Positions 50,633 through 64,000 of a stretch of DNA of 64,000 nt are shown here, one piece after another. A program made the position numbers and the translations under genes. The notes beneath the pieces are model-generated. The model saw only the letters and a list, made by a program, of their open reading frames with translations, was not told the origin of the DNA and ran no database searches. The stretch is from Balanoglossus misakiensis (lineage: Eukaryota > Animalia > Hemichordata), in NCBI GenBank assembly GCA_040954595.2, contig CM082578.2, forward strand, positions 3,144,831 to 3,208,830. Direction: 5' to 3'. Positions within the stretch are counted from its first letter, which is position 1. Each line of letters opens with the position of its first letter.

Positions 50633-53600
50633 TAATGTCCAATCACAGCCATAAAATAAAACATGGCACGTACCTGACCCCGTGTCGTCGCGAAAATGGG
50701 CCCTTAATCATATGTAAACAAACGTAACCCGGGTTCTTCGCCTACGCTTTCATTGTCAACAATCATAAAATATACGGGCTTTGGTAGCTGCGGAAACGTG
50801 CGATCAAATAAAACATTGTTATGTAGTGTTACTTAAATACCATTCTTTCCAAATTACAAGACTGTATATGAGAGAGGTGAACCGATCGGGGCCGCGTTCC
50901 ACCGACTCGACTCGAACAGCCACCGGGCGCGGGCGATCACAGTCAGCTGCAGTCCGTCGTCAACAACTACGCAACCGCCCCACTCAAACACCAGGAAGTG
51001 ATGCCAAATATTCTAAATCAATCGTTATCATTCTAGCAGAACATTTGACAGTTTTATATGTGGTATGATTTGATAAGTTTGGAAACCTGGTAGACGAAGG
51101 AAGTAAACATTTTGGTCGTGGTTTGTCGTGGCTAGTTTGACATCTACGTGCAAAACGCGACAAATCCTCCTTGAACCTGTAACACTCGTCCCTGCAAACG
51201 ACGTCATTGTGCAGTAACGACATCAGACAATTCCTAGATTCCAGATATGAGACTCGTCAACATTGACACTGCCCTCGACTTTATTTGTAATAGTGCTGAT
51301 TTCAAAACGATTGACGTTAATTCTTGATCATCGCGCTATGTTCACGATTGTGTTGTCATCCACCAAACCAGAAACAGCCAGTGTTCGACTCCTCGTAAAA
51401 AAACACTAGTTTAAAACATCTTTGACTCGCTGACGCTGCTGTTTATATTGTTGTTGCCTACCGACTTTAAGCATCTTTATACGAATCATCATAATTTTAC
51501 ATAACATCGATACAGAGAATGTAGAATGAAACCAGTGTAGGCTACATTGCAAATGAAATATCAATGTGATAAACCGAATTGAATAATTCGTTATAATTAA
51601 AATGTTTACGAGGTTTATTTGTGTGTTTTTCGTCTGAAATTCTTCGTACGAAAATATGGTAAATATCTTAAAGCTTGGTATCACGTCTTGAGTTGCTGGA
51701 GTAACATTTTCTGAGAAGTTATTAAAGCAGATATATGATAGAGAATATATAATTTTGCTCCAAAATAAGAAATAAAGTGGACCGTGACCACACAACAGTC
51801 CTACTGCTTACTCATACGATTTTATGGTATTTAGGGGAAGTACGTTATAAAGTTATCGTTTTGATAAATTGTTGACATGTTTACAACTTGTGATTTTCCA
51901 GGTTATTTCCCATGAATTATTTCAAAGCTAGGAACCAAATGAGAAGACGGGCAACTAAAGTCTTGCGAAGACATGAAAACTAAATATATATATATTTTAC
52001 ATAATTGTCGCATGAAAAATCTTTGACAACATTCCCACTGTCTTTCTATGGTGTACTTGTAGGTCGCTGCTGAAATGTAATCAAAAAGAACCAAGACAAC
52101 CGAAATACATGTCGGTTATATCGCTCTAAGTAGTTGTGACAACTTCTTGAAGTGACACGTTCTGGCGTATAACTTGTTACTCTAACAGCGTCGTGGGCTC
52201 CTGTGAGTGATGGTTGTTTTTTCAGGTTATACGACCACATAAAACAGACAGGAGACTCGTCATTTACAGTAACCAAACAATCAACACACCGTCCGGCCTG
52301 CATGTAACACCTACACCTGTGATCAAATCTCTAGTTCGCTTATACAGTAGCCTAAGAAGTCACACCACCTAGTCAAATGAGTCACCCCCACCCTTCCCGG
52401 TGTAGACGTTTAGCACCAATGAACAACTCTGTACAGATGGACGGAGTTTGTGCTATTTACTAAAATTAAAATATGCATTTTGTTTTTAGGTGGAAATGGC
52501 CACTTTAATACCTTGTTTCATTTGATGATTGGTAAACTTGAGATCTACAACCATGGCATTATCACACTACTCGTTTTTTGAGTAACAGAGTGACATGAAT
52601 GCGAGTATCCTGCTAGTATACTTACATATAGTATATTCGGATATTGTCAAGCGAGGGCATTCAGAATGTCCATTTTACCACATATACCGAATATGTTTGC
52701 TGCTATTCATGAAAGTATTTGAATTATTTGTATCAGGGCGTGTTTACTGGTGTGAAACCTTAGTTACACGCGCATGGCCTGACTAGCGCAACGCTTCCTG
52801 TTGCATATTGACATTTCGGTATTCAACGACGACACATCGAACATTTAAAAGGTGCAATAATGGTAAACTGGGGGTAAACCTATATTTCCCTGCCCCTTTC
52901 TGACGATGCTGGCTCTTCCGGGAATCAGCACAAGATCTGATGACGTTTAGTGTGATACATCACTGGTGATATTTCACGTAAAACGTCACTTGGAGAAGGT
53001 GATAACAGCGTTAGCGTATTGTATAATATTTTACTTCCTCTTCAAATTGCGATTGATACCAACATAAGGAATTTTCAGTACAAACTCATAATGAAGATTT
53101 TGCCATTAAATCGGTTGCTGTATAAATGGGGACTCATCATGTGTGTTCTATTTGTAATATCAAAATTGATCGTCCTTTGACCGGGTCTACGTGTTTACTT
53201 TTATGTGCGCGACGTGTACAAAATTTCAAATTTTAATAAATGCGAAAAATGGTGCTCTCTAGGAGTCTATTATTAAGGACAACCGGACGTCACTGAATAA
53301 TCTACAGAGATCCAAATATGAGTATCATGGGATATCATTAGTAGTGTCGTAGAACAGATGTCGTGAGTTACATTTCATTAGTTTTGCTATCAATACATAA
53401 AACTATCACAAACAATCAGGAAGTATTTTGCCAGACTTTCCATGAGCGTAACTGGTTTGAACAAAAAAGCATTGCTCTTTGAGGTTGCGGTTTGCCTCCC
53501 GAACTTCCAGATCCACACACACTTTGTACATATATTCTGTTACTCTGGTAACAAATAATGTATAAACTAATTCTGCAATATATAGAAGATTTTTTCACGT

Positions 53601-54642
53601 ACACCTTTTAAATGACCATTTATTTTACACTACTAAGCTCTGGCCACGGAAACTGGAGTCTAGCTCTTCAATGGTTTGGTGAATTTTCAGTTTCTAAGTC
53701 ATTCTAACTGATGTGTGTATAACTGTATAAAATACGAAGTCTTGCTTTCTTAAATGTGATGAAGTCTGCCATTCTTCGTTGAGGCTTCCGGAAGAAATGA
53801 AAACGCCTGACATGAAGACTTGTTTCCTCCAGATGGTTACCACTTAAATATTCATCTGATAGGAACATTTTTAGTAAAATTCCCAGCGTTTATAGCATCC
53901 ATAAGTTTGTTTTAGAAAGCGTGCCTTCTGACTAGTTGAACTGACGCAGCTTACAATTAGAAAATTGTTTTGTCTGCAATAAGCATTTTTTACTTCGCAT
54001 GTGGCTTAGTGAGTTGAGTGGAATTCTGGATGATGAAATTCGAACGTTTGTTCTGCATTATTCTTATCGACTGATCTCACGTACTTGACAGAATGCTCCC
54101 TAAATCAATCACTATTTGGTTCCAACATTTGAGCAATTACCTCGAGTCTCCGGTCTGTCTACACGATTGGCTATTTTACAATGCCGCATGTACACATTCA
54201 ATCAACCAATCATGTTAAATTCACCATATATATGCAAATTGGAGAATCGTTACAACACTTCCATATAAGAATCGAGGTAAAACACATTTCGACAAAAGTC
54301 GAACACCATTTAGAGCTTCTTGGACGAAAATCTCATCATAAAAAGGTAAAGATTTTTCAGCAATAAGTGTACAAGCTTTAATGCTGATCAGTGATAGAAA
54401 AAGACAGGTCATATTGTAGTCTATGGATTCAACAAAAATGAATTTGTATAAACTGGACATCGCATTTCCTTTGTATCTCTTGCATACTTGCAAATCAAAT
54501 GAATCTCGCGTTTTCGGTTATCTTAATGATACATGTACGTCGCATTAACATTTTAACATTTTTATTTGATAGTCATTTTGATCATTTATCGATAGTTTGA
54601 GGACTCCAACCGTCCGACGGAAGGTCGACACAATCCACGAAG

Positions 54643-57600
54643 ATGGCGAGGCCGTTGTGTTTTGTACTTATAGCCTTTTCCGTTAACGTTCTTGCCAGCT
54701 TAGTAACCATCACAATGTCTTGGTAACTGACTTATTTTTTGTCGTATAACATAATTGCTACAAGATCATCTGAGAGACAAGATTCCAAATGCCTGCACCA
54801 CGTTGTCCTCGCAAGATTCACCATAAACAAACGCGGAAGTATTTGACAGACGCTGTATTGATATTAGATTTCCAACGTCCATTGCAAAACCGACGCAGAT
54901 GGTTGCTCTACCAAGAGTGTTCACCAAAAGATTTAATTTATATAGAGCTTTCTTTTCTGGACTTCAACCACCCCGATATCTTACAATCAGGGTGTACTTA
55001 CAAGGACTCTTTTTAATTTTTCGTACAACGCAGTTTGAAAATTGGTCCACCATGTGCGCTATTGCCTGCATACAATCGTCGTTTTCTTTAATTTTGGACA
55101 TTGCACTTGTTTTGCTTGAACGCTGATTCGTGGACGTGTTTAAGTTAAGAACTCAAAATTGCTGCAACAACCGCCAAACTAGCAACACCGTATTTCTTTT
55201 ATGTCAGCGACACGTTACTCTAAAATTGTACCAACAGTCACAATTTAGTAGACAAAGAGGCCCTCCATCCCTATTGCGCAGTTGAAGTAGTGCGTGTTGA
55301 GAGAGACGTGAACAGAAAGGGGTAGGAGTCTCGACTCGAACACGGACGACGAGAGTTGTTTAGCGTGTCGAATGCTGCTCCACAAAGCTCGTAGTTACCT
55401 TCTGACCGGGACATTTACGCTTGAACGGACTGGGTTCCTCCTGATGTGTTCTTGCCGATTGCACATGGATATATACTAATCATGAACGCCAAACAAACAC
55501 GTTGAAAAAGCCAGTTCTGAAAGAAATTCACGTGGCGTCCGCCACTGGGCCTGATGACGCGTCAACATTATCTTTCAAACAGCGTAACCTGTCTAGCTGA
55601 GTTCATGCGTAGGTCGAGAAAGTTCTCAAGCGACTGGGTGATCGCTCCAAGGTTAGCGGCGGCCTCGCACGCCTGAACTTGCCACAAAACTATCAGTCCA
55701 TACAGCAATGAGGTTCAAACTCTTCCGTCGTATTTATTTCAACAACACAAATTCAGAATACAACACGGCAGTTTGGTACGTCGTCTCTACCCTACACTGC
55801 TAATTCTCATCTCAATCGTCTCTCTTCGCAATACGTTGATTCTCTAAAAGAAAGTTCAACAGACGGGATACACTGCAAACTGCGGAACTAGCAATTCACG
55901 TCTCTGCTTCAAAGGAGTCTACCCACCTGAAGTGGGGGGAACCCAGTCCGTTCAAGCGTAAATGTCCCGTTCCGAAGGTAACTATGAGCTTCGTAGAGCA
56001 GCATTCGACACGCTAAACAATTCTCGTCGTCCGTGTTCGAGTCGAGACTCCTACCCCTTTCTGTTCACGTCTCTCTCAACACGCACTACTTCAACTGCGC
56101 AATTGGGATGAGGGTGCCTCTTTGTCTACTAAATTGTGACGTTGTTACAATTTTAGAGATAACGCGTTGTTGGCATCAAAGAAATATAGTGTGTCTAGTT
56201 TGGCGGTTGTTGCAGCTATTTGAATTATGTGGTAACATGCAAGTCAACTCTAACTAAACCTTATTTATTTATTCACTGTGTTTCTACATCCAACGACAGG
56301 CCAAACAACTGTGAACTTTACAAAAATTGCTATGGTTATTGTTGCGGCTCGGATAATCGCTATTGCTGCGGTAAGGATGTAACTTCTACTTATTCAATGT
56401 ATCACTATGTATGTATGTATGTATGTATGTATGTATGTATGTATGTATGTATGTATGTATGTATGTATGTATGTATGTATGTATGTATGTATGTATGTAT
56501 CTATGTATCTATGTATCTATGTATCTATGTATCTATGTATCTATGTATCTATGTATGTATGTGCTGATATGACGTGGTCTACCAATTTTCCTCATGATAT
56601 TCCATGTCAGTGGAATCGCGTTATGTAGATTTCGATGATTTTCAAGAACTTGTCAATATCGACTTTCTAATAGCGTGCCATGACAGTATACAGTACTGTT
56701 CAAAGACGCGCTGCACAAACCAAGCCGACGAATATTGCCACGAGTGTGTCTATAACAGGGGAGATGAGAAGATTGCGTATGAAGTGATCGATGGCCGGTG
56801 CGAACGTAAGTAATTTCTAACCTGGGCAGCCATGTATGCGTAACATTCCAATTCTTTGTACCCCGAACAAATAAGACAGGTGGATCTGAAACCATAATAA
56901 CATTTGAAGGCTTAGTGAAAACATTGGCAGTCCTTAACTCTCCGACTGAGACCACTACATGAATGTTAATGAGCAAGTTACGGCTAAGCAGAGACAGGGA
57001 GAGACGGGGAGAAAGGCAGACATAGAGTCAGACATAGAGACAGACAGACAGGTGGGCAGGCAGGCAGACAGACAGATCGGAAGACATGCGGGCGGACAGG
57101 CAGACAAACTGACCTAAATGTATCTGCTTTACACAATATCTTCTGTTAACAGAGCGTTGTTCATGGCGACGTGATAGCAAGTTCTGTTACCCAGGGACCT
57201 GTCCGGGACTTCCCTCTACTTGCGCATGCGTCGAAGGCTTCGAAGGAGACAACTGTTTAACAAGTACGTGACGCTGCTTTAATAGTTCGCTGTACATTGT
57301 AACAATTCATATCCCAGTATAAATTAAGGCAACAATCAGCCAAATTTAATAGATGCAGTATATAGTGATAATACGTATATATCACCTACATGTATTCTAT
57401 TGATCGACGTTTTGAATAAGAATAACTTTTAAGTAGCGTTACCATCGGATGGTTTCAAGCATGAAAACTTCTTCCAATTCAGTGTCAGCTGTCTTCACCG
57501 TAGGTGTTGAATATGTTATTGTATGTTTTGGGGGAAATGAAATAAAACCCTAAATTGCTGCAAGGCATTTGCAACATAGTGTTAATTCGTAATATGCTTC

Positions 57601-60600
57601 GAGAAGGTTGCCTGCCAAAATAGTTTGAACTTCATGCAGTGTAATAATATGCATTTTGCGTTATTATTCTCTGACGCAAACTTATTCCATTCTCAGTCAA
57701 CGAAAAGCCAGTAATTGAAGAGTGTCGTGGTCGTGTTCAGCGACCTGGCTACCCAACACTTTGTGTTTTTGACTGCAAAGAAGATGATTTTGTGATATGC
57801 GGCGTCCGATCGGGTACGTTCGTCCTGGAGTGGGTTGCGAGGTATGTTCCGTCGCTCGATGCAGTCGACTCCCCATACTACGTCAACCAAACAAGTTATG
57901 GAATAGTATCGGCTGTTTTGAACTGGGAACTTATCAAGGGTGAGAGATTATGTTAATTACGGGTAGATATGAGAGCTATTCTGAATCATACAAAAAATAA
58001 CATTGACCATTATTATGGAGCTGACTGAAGAAATGTAGCTCGACAAACATGGCCATTTGTTGATATTGTTGTTGTTGTTGTTGTTGTTGTTGATGATGAT
58101 GATGATGATGATGATGACGACGACGACGACGATGACGATGATGATGATGATGATGATGATGATCTGTCTATATTGATTAACTTTGCTCATTTCCTGCAGG
58201 CAACCGTACAGCTGAGCAGGAAGTCGACGCCTGCCTCTTGGAAACGACTCCCATTTTGGATATACCACTAAACGAGCTGCCAAGGCGACTATGCAGCCAC
58301 GCCATTGTCCTGTCGTCAACCATAGAACATAGCGATAGGTAAAACACCGTTTATTTGCCTTCACAAGTTCTCGCTTTTGTAATTCAACAACGAAGGTTCC
58401 TCGTGTCATTGGAAATTATAGCACAAATTGAAACTCTTTTGTATGCAACTGACCCTTCACACATGTTGTGTGAGTTGTTTCGAGTGTTATGAGTGCCATA
58501 AATAAGAAGATATCTTATTGATATTTTCAAAATTCTGATTAAAACATAATAGGTGTTGTTTAAGTGCCTACGAGAAGTGAGTATGTAAGACGTATATTTT
58601 GCGTCCGTCAAAATCGAGATGTTATAAAATATAAAGCACGATGATGAATACATTTTCATCACGCCACACACCAAGCGGCACACGGGTGTGTATGTCACAG
58701 TACAGTACAGCGACCATATCATTATGGATTTCTTATCAGTTAAATACACGTATAGTTCCAATTGTGTTTATAGTAGTGTATCTGCGTGTGTTATGGAAAC
58801 GCTGTTAAATTTTTTCGACCACTAGTTTTATTGAGATTTTCTGAAGCCAAGTTCATAAGTCCACACTGAAAGGTCCTCAAAACAGGCATGGCGCACATGA
58901 TAAGGGAACTAGTGGGAACTGGAATGATAGAACTGATGAATTCGGGTATTATTTACTTATTTCCTCATTAGTGACTTTTTTCCGTTGAAACGCTGAAATG
59001 TTTTTCCATCAAGTCGCGTGCTTCAAAAGGCGAGCAGGAATTTAGTAGAGTTTATTTTTACTACCTTTGGATCCTGAAGCATGTCACCACACCCCATTGA
59101 AGTTCAATTGATTAGTGTATTTACTCATGAAACTAGTCACGATTCCTAGCGACGAAATGCCTTTACGCCCACTGTAAACTAAAGAATCTTGATGAAATAC
59201 ACCTGTGTGCGAAGTCAACACCATATTATAACCCCGTATATGGGCAGTATTAGGAAGCAGGATTTTCTACAGTAAATAACAACATATGTGAATTGGTTGC
59301 TAACGTACTTTTTGAGACAAATGCTGTTTGTAGCGCCATAAATCAGCTGAATTCGGAAACTTGCTTGCCAAAGGTAGCATGAATTGCAGAATAGTCGTTA
59401 AACGGAGTACCCATTCGGTAAAACCCTGACGCAGTTTGATTGGTATCCATGCATCATTGGCACGTCGACGAGTTTGTTTATAAGTGAGGCTTTGAAAAGA
59501 GTACCGTTGCTATGGTATTGCAATGTGATGTCATGAGTACTTCCACCATGAGTAAGTGGAAAATTGGTACTTGAGAATTAAGGGCCTTAAATTCCTCAGC
59601 ACGAAATCGAATGCCATAAAAGTTGTCGATGATTAGATGAACCGTGTTGTAATGCAACGCAAGCCAATGACCAACCCTATGCTTCAATCAAGTGAGACAA
59701 CGCAAATCAATGACAGAATTATATCGCCGAACCAACATCGAACACACACATACGCCACATACTGAATTAGTTTCTTCTTCTCCAAGACTATCTCTAAAGT
59801 TTACAACAAAGAACAGTGGGTACATAAAGATAAACAATTACGACCTGAAAGACAGCGTGACAGTCGACGACCCCAAATTTTACAGCGAGCAGGTTACGCA
59901 AAAGACCATGGAGATGTTGTTTGACTTTGTAGCTCCCGAGCACTGCATTGTTACAACTTCAGAATGTACGTCTGGTATATTGGATGTCGGTAGCCCATAC
60001 AGAAGAGAGGTGAGTATTACTCGAGACCAACGCCGATAATAGAATGCGACATCTCACGAGACTTGATAAATCATCGTAGGAAAGGATCAAAACCAGTCCA
60101 GCTTTGTATGAAACTAGGAAATGTGCAGAGCTTAACAGAAAGTGCAACTTATGTGCAGTTTAACACGGTGGGCTATGTGTTGTATGTACTGTGTCACACG
60201 GGAATGTCCTTCAATATAAATTGCCTAACCACGCGAAATCTCGCAGGGGTTTGTGGAGTTTGGAAAACGGTCTACTGTTGGTGTTGTGAAGGCCGGGATG
60301 GAACAAACTAGACGTATACATGTACTTGTTTGATTAAAACTCTTGGTGTCTTTGCGAATCTAGAATAGGGTGAGAATGGACTATCGATACATAAATCCGC
60401 CTTAGCTTTTCTAAATACAAGCCTTGTCTTGTTAACATTGAAATTGATTTGCACGAAATTTAGACTATTATGTCAATACAACTTTACAACAGGGGTGGAA
60501 GTTTGGTAGACATTGTGAGAACTATAGTTTACAAATGCCAAAGGTGCCGTCATGATGTCATAGCTCAGGTCTGTTAACATTTAGTAATCACGCTGTTGCA

Positions 60601-63600
60601 AAATCCAACAATTTGGATAATTTTGTCAAATGCATGTCACCAACTTCGGTTTTCCTAACTTCAATACCATAGACTGTCTCATGTGTGATACCAATTGACT
60701 TTCATGTAACAATGATGTCGATGCCCAACAAACCCACACAGTTGGTCATCCCTATAAAGGCAGTTCAATAACGGAGATAAATTGTCACAATGTTAAGCCT
60801 AACATCTTCGCACAGCAAGAATTCTGTCAACCCCGCCACACAATAGCACATTCATGCAAATATAGCCTAACCATAACCTTTTTTCACCGCAAAGAGTGAC
60901 GTCACTGTCACTTGGGATCCATCGGATTGGAATGACGCTCTCGCTGGGATACACCACTTGGACTTTGAAGCGTACAGACTCACCGTCGACCCGACTAGCA
61001 ATGGTCTTTTGGGCATGCGTACCCCAACTCCTCATGCCTCTGAGGAGAATATTAACCCTGATGTGAGAAGGGTACAATTAAACCTCTCCGATGCAGGTAT
61101 CGATTCTTCATTGTCAACCATTCTCTCTGTGCGACATATTTTGCTAACCTATATAGGTGATTTGTATGATACACACGCGCAAAAAGTTAAACATTTAGTT
61201 TTTTTATGCAACCGTGTTCATCAAAGTGAGGAAAACTTCTGATAGCGGATTTCTTAACATCCGACAACAGATATTCTGGTGAGCTGATATTTATGTTACC
61301 TGTCGGGCATGAATGCCATATAACCTTATGAGTATAAATAAGATGAGATTATTTGAACATTCAGGTGTCTTTGCAATTATTTTAACCGTGATGGATGCTG
61401 TGGGGAACTCGGCCAAAGCCAGGCGTTTCCTTATATACGACGAACACAGCAGCATCAGCATAGACGACAATAAGCCAATAGCCGTCGCTGGGGACGTACA
61501 CAACGCCCGGATATTCTGGCTGGCCCAATCAGAAGTCAACGTGAGTTAATTATGTGAAACTTGACGTCACAAGTAAGGAATACTGTATACCGCCACCAGT
61601 GGCAGATTTCACGGTTCCGTAGTCTCGTGACGTTGTATATGAATTGTCGGTTGCTTTGACAGTTCACTTATCAAACGTGTGTACAACAGGAACACGAATT
61701 ATGCTGCCTATGTGGTTTAGCCGAACTGATGTGCTGTACATAGCTTTCATTTTAAAAACCCGAACGTATCATGGTTATTGTGACGTAGTGATATGTCTAT
61801 TTATATTTATATTTATATTTATATTTATATTTATATTTATGAGCTAGGCACTATGAACAGGCACGTATATCTGTCTGCAGCCGAGTGCTGTATAAAAACT
61901 TCAGTCTAGAGCGATATGACAATAAAGTAGCTTTTAGTTCAAAGTACTCGCTCTCTCCCGTGTCACTTCCCACTACACCTTCACACAAATACTAGGCTTG
62001 CCAGACCCGATACGCTAGCCAGTTATCAAGTGGACTACCCTTCAGCAGATACCTTCGAAGTTGTGCCACCGTATGGGATTTTATATGACAGCAGCTGTGA
62101 CAACCATCCTCATAGTTGTAACCATCTCCATTGCGTCTACATGTTTGCTATCTGTGAGATATTTAGGCTATCTGCGCTTCATTTTGTCTTGACAGATCAC
62201 TATCACATGGCAAGGACATTTCTACAACGCGTTCTACCGCGACGGCGAATTGTTAAGAGGAATCGCAGAACACGACCCCCCACTAGGACCTTATGATGAA
62301 GCGACTGGACTGCCGCCATCATCGCGATCTCGACAGGCAATTGCCAACGACAATGGGATTGTAAGATTTCAACTCAAACTTATTGAGTCCAGTGCTGGCG
62401 AAAACATAACTGAAAACTGGACAGACATTTCTGAACAAAAGGTGATGTGTAATTTAATTCAGGGACAGGTCAGTTTCGACAGTGGATTCTATTTTGTGTA
62501 TATCAAAAAGTGACTGACACCATTGAACATGGAAGAGGATTACCCCCTGTTGACCCCCTCCCCATCCGAATCAAAAACAGGGTGACCTCCCTATGAATTC
62601 ACCGCCCCCAGGCCGAAGAAACTGACCATTCCCTTAGTAAGAGAGTTTCTGGTTGTTCCCAATTCAAGAATGTGAAAAAATGGCATCTATATAATTGACC
62701 ATGTGATCGTAATGTAAGTGATGCCAAGCGTTCTCTCTTCAGTAAATCGATTGGGACTGAATTTGTTTACAGAACATGTGTGTCGGAGCGCATTAGCTCG
62801 AGGACGCGAAGCTTTACTTGTATTTTCCGTATACATAATAATGTGTATTTGCATTCACAGACATCCTACAACTTTTCTATAACAAATGATACCAATGAAT
62901 TCATTACCGTCTGGTTAAGAGCTTTTGATGTCATGAACAACACGATGGAAGACTATGCGGTATTCATCATCGACAAAACAGCGCCGGAAATCAGTGAAAA
63001 TACTGTAATTGAGGAAGTCAAAGTCGAAGGGGACGTGAGCTCTGGAAACGAGTCAAGTACAGAGGCACCAACTTATCTGAGGTGAGTTGGGATACATATT
63101 TGATAGCCTGATCCGAACAATGCTTCAAACATGTACATTTTGATCATGATCTATGTTTGAGCGCTACGGTGGTTTAATGAATTCAACTGCAGAAACCAGG
63201 GTGACCAAAATCCTCATTATGTGTTATATATTACTGTAAACTCCCAAGTTGAACCTATACATGTACTTGTCAATACACGCAGATAAGATGTTAGGTTGAG
63301 AAAGTCGCTAACTTTTGATATTATTTGTGTTATTTTCATTTCATTTGGATTTTATGCTATTCTGCTCACTGAAACATGCTAACTGTACTGTACTGTACTT
63401 TACTGTACTGTACTATCCGACCTATATGTTTAACCAGTAATGTCATCATTAAAGTGCCATCTGCGTCATTATACCTTACACTTGTGCAGACATATACTCG
63501 ACAAGTTGAATGCTTGGCCGTTATAATGATTTAACGAGTAGAATAAGAATCTGCAGTTTTTTCACAGACCAAAAAAGTTAAATAATCATCTAAAGTCACA

Positions 63601-63842
63601 ATAATTGTCTCTTAAAGATAACCGATCGATAGTACAAGTATTTTAGTTTACTGGTAGCCGGTACTCCTAAAAGACGAAATGTTTAATGTCAACTTTGCCG
63701 GTTTTTTTTTTACTTTCACAGTGTATTGCTAGAGACATACGATGATGAGAGTGGTATTCTTGAAATCAGATGGCAGCTGGTTGATGCAACAAACATCAGT
63801 TGTACATACGATGAAGGAAAGATAGTAGAGACATCACCAATG
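54643..63842 (+). CDS. Multi-exon gene (3' incomplete) for an uncharacterised secreted Cys-rich/EGF-like, probably Ig/FN3-like protein; exons 54643-54722, 56300-56370, 56674-56805, 57153-57263, 57697-57939, 58200-58338, 59787-60009, 60895-61096, 61365-61540, 62196-62441, 62861-63081, 63722-63842
   Basis: All 12 exons have GT/AG boundaries and compatible phases. Signal peptide MARPLCFVLIAFSVNVLASLVTITMSW; CCGSDNRYCC; EGF-like CYPGTC...CACVEGFEGDNC; beta-rich segments (WNDALAGI, VMDAVGN, RAFDVMNN, IIDKTAP, DDESGI). Confidence 0.85.
55149..56226. mobile_element. Foldback element with ~290-bp TIRs in intron 1
   Basis: 55149-55436 is the reverse complement of 55939-56226. Confidence 0.8.
56407..56560. 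repeat. (ATGT)n/(ATCTATGT)n microsatellite
   Basis: Direct read; it causes the spurious YVCM-repeat ORFs. Confidence 0.95.
58066..58162. repeat. (GTT)n(GAT/GAC)n compound microsatellite
   Basis: Direct read. Confidence 0.95.
61797..61839. repeat. (ATATTT)n microsatellite
   Basis: Direct read. Confidence 0.9.
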
Positions 63843-64000
63843 GTAAGTAAAAAATAGAATGTCTTGTCCAAGTCCATTTATATGTTTGATTGGTTTAGAT
63901 TATTAATTGCATACCATAGTGTGTCATCATTTCTATCACGACATTTCACTCTTTGGATAACAATTGCTATTATATGTGTACTTTTGCTCAGATTTATAAT

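Noticed and set aside
50900-54500. Possible decayed coding or TE fragments
   Set aside because: I could not recognise any motif by eye; BLASTX would be needed.
56220-56628. ORFs with YVCM repeats
   Set aside because: These are translations of the (ATGT)n microsatellite; only 56300-56370 is a real exon.
57957-58409. ORF with poly-I/V/N tracts
   Set aside because: It is an antisense reading of a trinucleotide microsatellite and of a plus-strand exon.

Overview
This is AT-rich, intron-containing animal DNA, probably from a marine invertebrate, and most of the short ORFs in the track are spurious. It holds three host loci. (1) A minus-strand family-B/adhesion-like GPCR with two coding exons (9407-8588, 7563-5261): signal peptide, Ser/Thr mucin stalk, somatomedin-B-like domain, Cys-rich region and 7TM. 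(2) A minus-strand arylsulfatase pseudogene with five recoverable exons (45980-39480) and LINE insertions in its introns. (3) A plus-strand gene of at least 12 exons for an uncharacterised secreted Cys-rich/EGF-like protein, starting at 54643 and running off the window. The rest is a dense, nested transposon landscape: a decayed Crypton-type tyrosine recombinase; Penelope remnants, one with a degenerate hammerhead ribozyme; a 2.8-kb tandem duplication; a Gmr1-type Gypsy element with integrase upstream of RT; a non-autonomous LTR family (solo LTR plus a full copy); nested RTE-X-like, CR1/Crack and L1/Tx1 LINEs; and several MITEs. The most notable signal is five long palindromes with unrelated arms that share the tip CGAG-[short stem, usually a GNA loop]-CGAG. 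That tip would form tandem sheared G.A pairs capped by a very stable DNA mini-hairpin, and two of the palindromes abut a TIR-bounded unit. I propose, as inference, that these are structure-specific recognition sites of a mobile-element system, possibly a Crypton tyrosine recombinase.
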